A DNA stretch of 62,977 nucleotides, counting the filler, from Octopus bimaculoides (Eukaryota), in the NCBI RefSeq assembly GCF_001194135.2. It is 7 parts of 6 records of this genome, joined end to end, with 100 filler letters (N's around TTAATTAATTAA, not from the genome) between each part and the next. Parts side by side here need not be neighbours in the genome. Positions count along the whole stretch, not along the records: positions 52,643 to 62,977 come from NC_068985.1; 6 more parts are not named here. One strand, given 5' to 3'. This document shows positions 62,899-62,977 of the stretch, one piece after another. The notes beneath the pieces are model-generated. The model saw only the letters and a list, made by a program, of their open reading frames with translations. It did not search any database and was not told where the DNA came from. The position numbers and the translations under genes were made by a program. The first letter of the stretch is position 1, and every line of letters starts with the position of its first letter.

Positions 62899-62977
62899 AA
62901 CAATAATAATAATAATAATGATAATAATAATAATAATACAAATAGCCACAAAACACGAGCAAAACAAGAAACTGTTT

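Overview
AT-rich, gap-riddled, repeat-dense metazoan genomic DNA. The SINE families, microsatellite load and gap style suggest an octopus/coleoid cephalopod draft assembly; this is an inference, not a search result. The only host coding sequence I can support is the first coding exon of a PPM1L/PP2C-epsilon-like phosphatase on the minus strand (24963-24586, ending in a GT donor). I recognised no downstream exon, so bases 1-24585 are probably one long intron. Bases 25.1-47.6 kb may be a 5'-UTR intron running up to a housekeeping-type promoter motif cluster near 47.6 kb. The rest is decayed mobile DNA: R4/Dong-like RLE LINEs stacked in (TAA)n, RTE and CR1-like LINEs, Penelope-like fragments, two Ty3/Gypsy remnants, mariner/Tc1, MULE and Merlin transposases, MITEs and tRNA-derived SINEs. 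The most unusual observations are four: (i) a repeat-spacer array of four tRNA-Trp primer-binding-site-like motifs in a CsRn1-like Gypsy leader; (ii) two strand-polarised nests of several retroelement families that all end in (AAT)n; (iii) a chain of stop-start-linked uORFs running into the PPM1L ATG; (iv) several perfect or near-perfect fold-back structures. Most TE boundaries are approximate and were read by eye.
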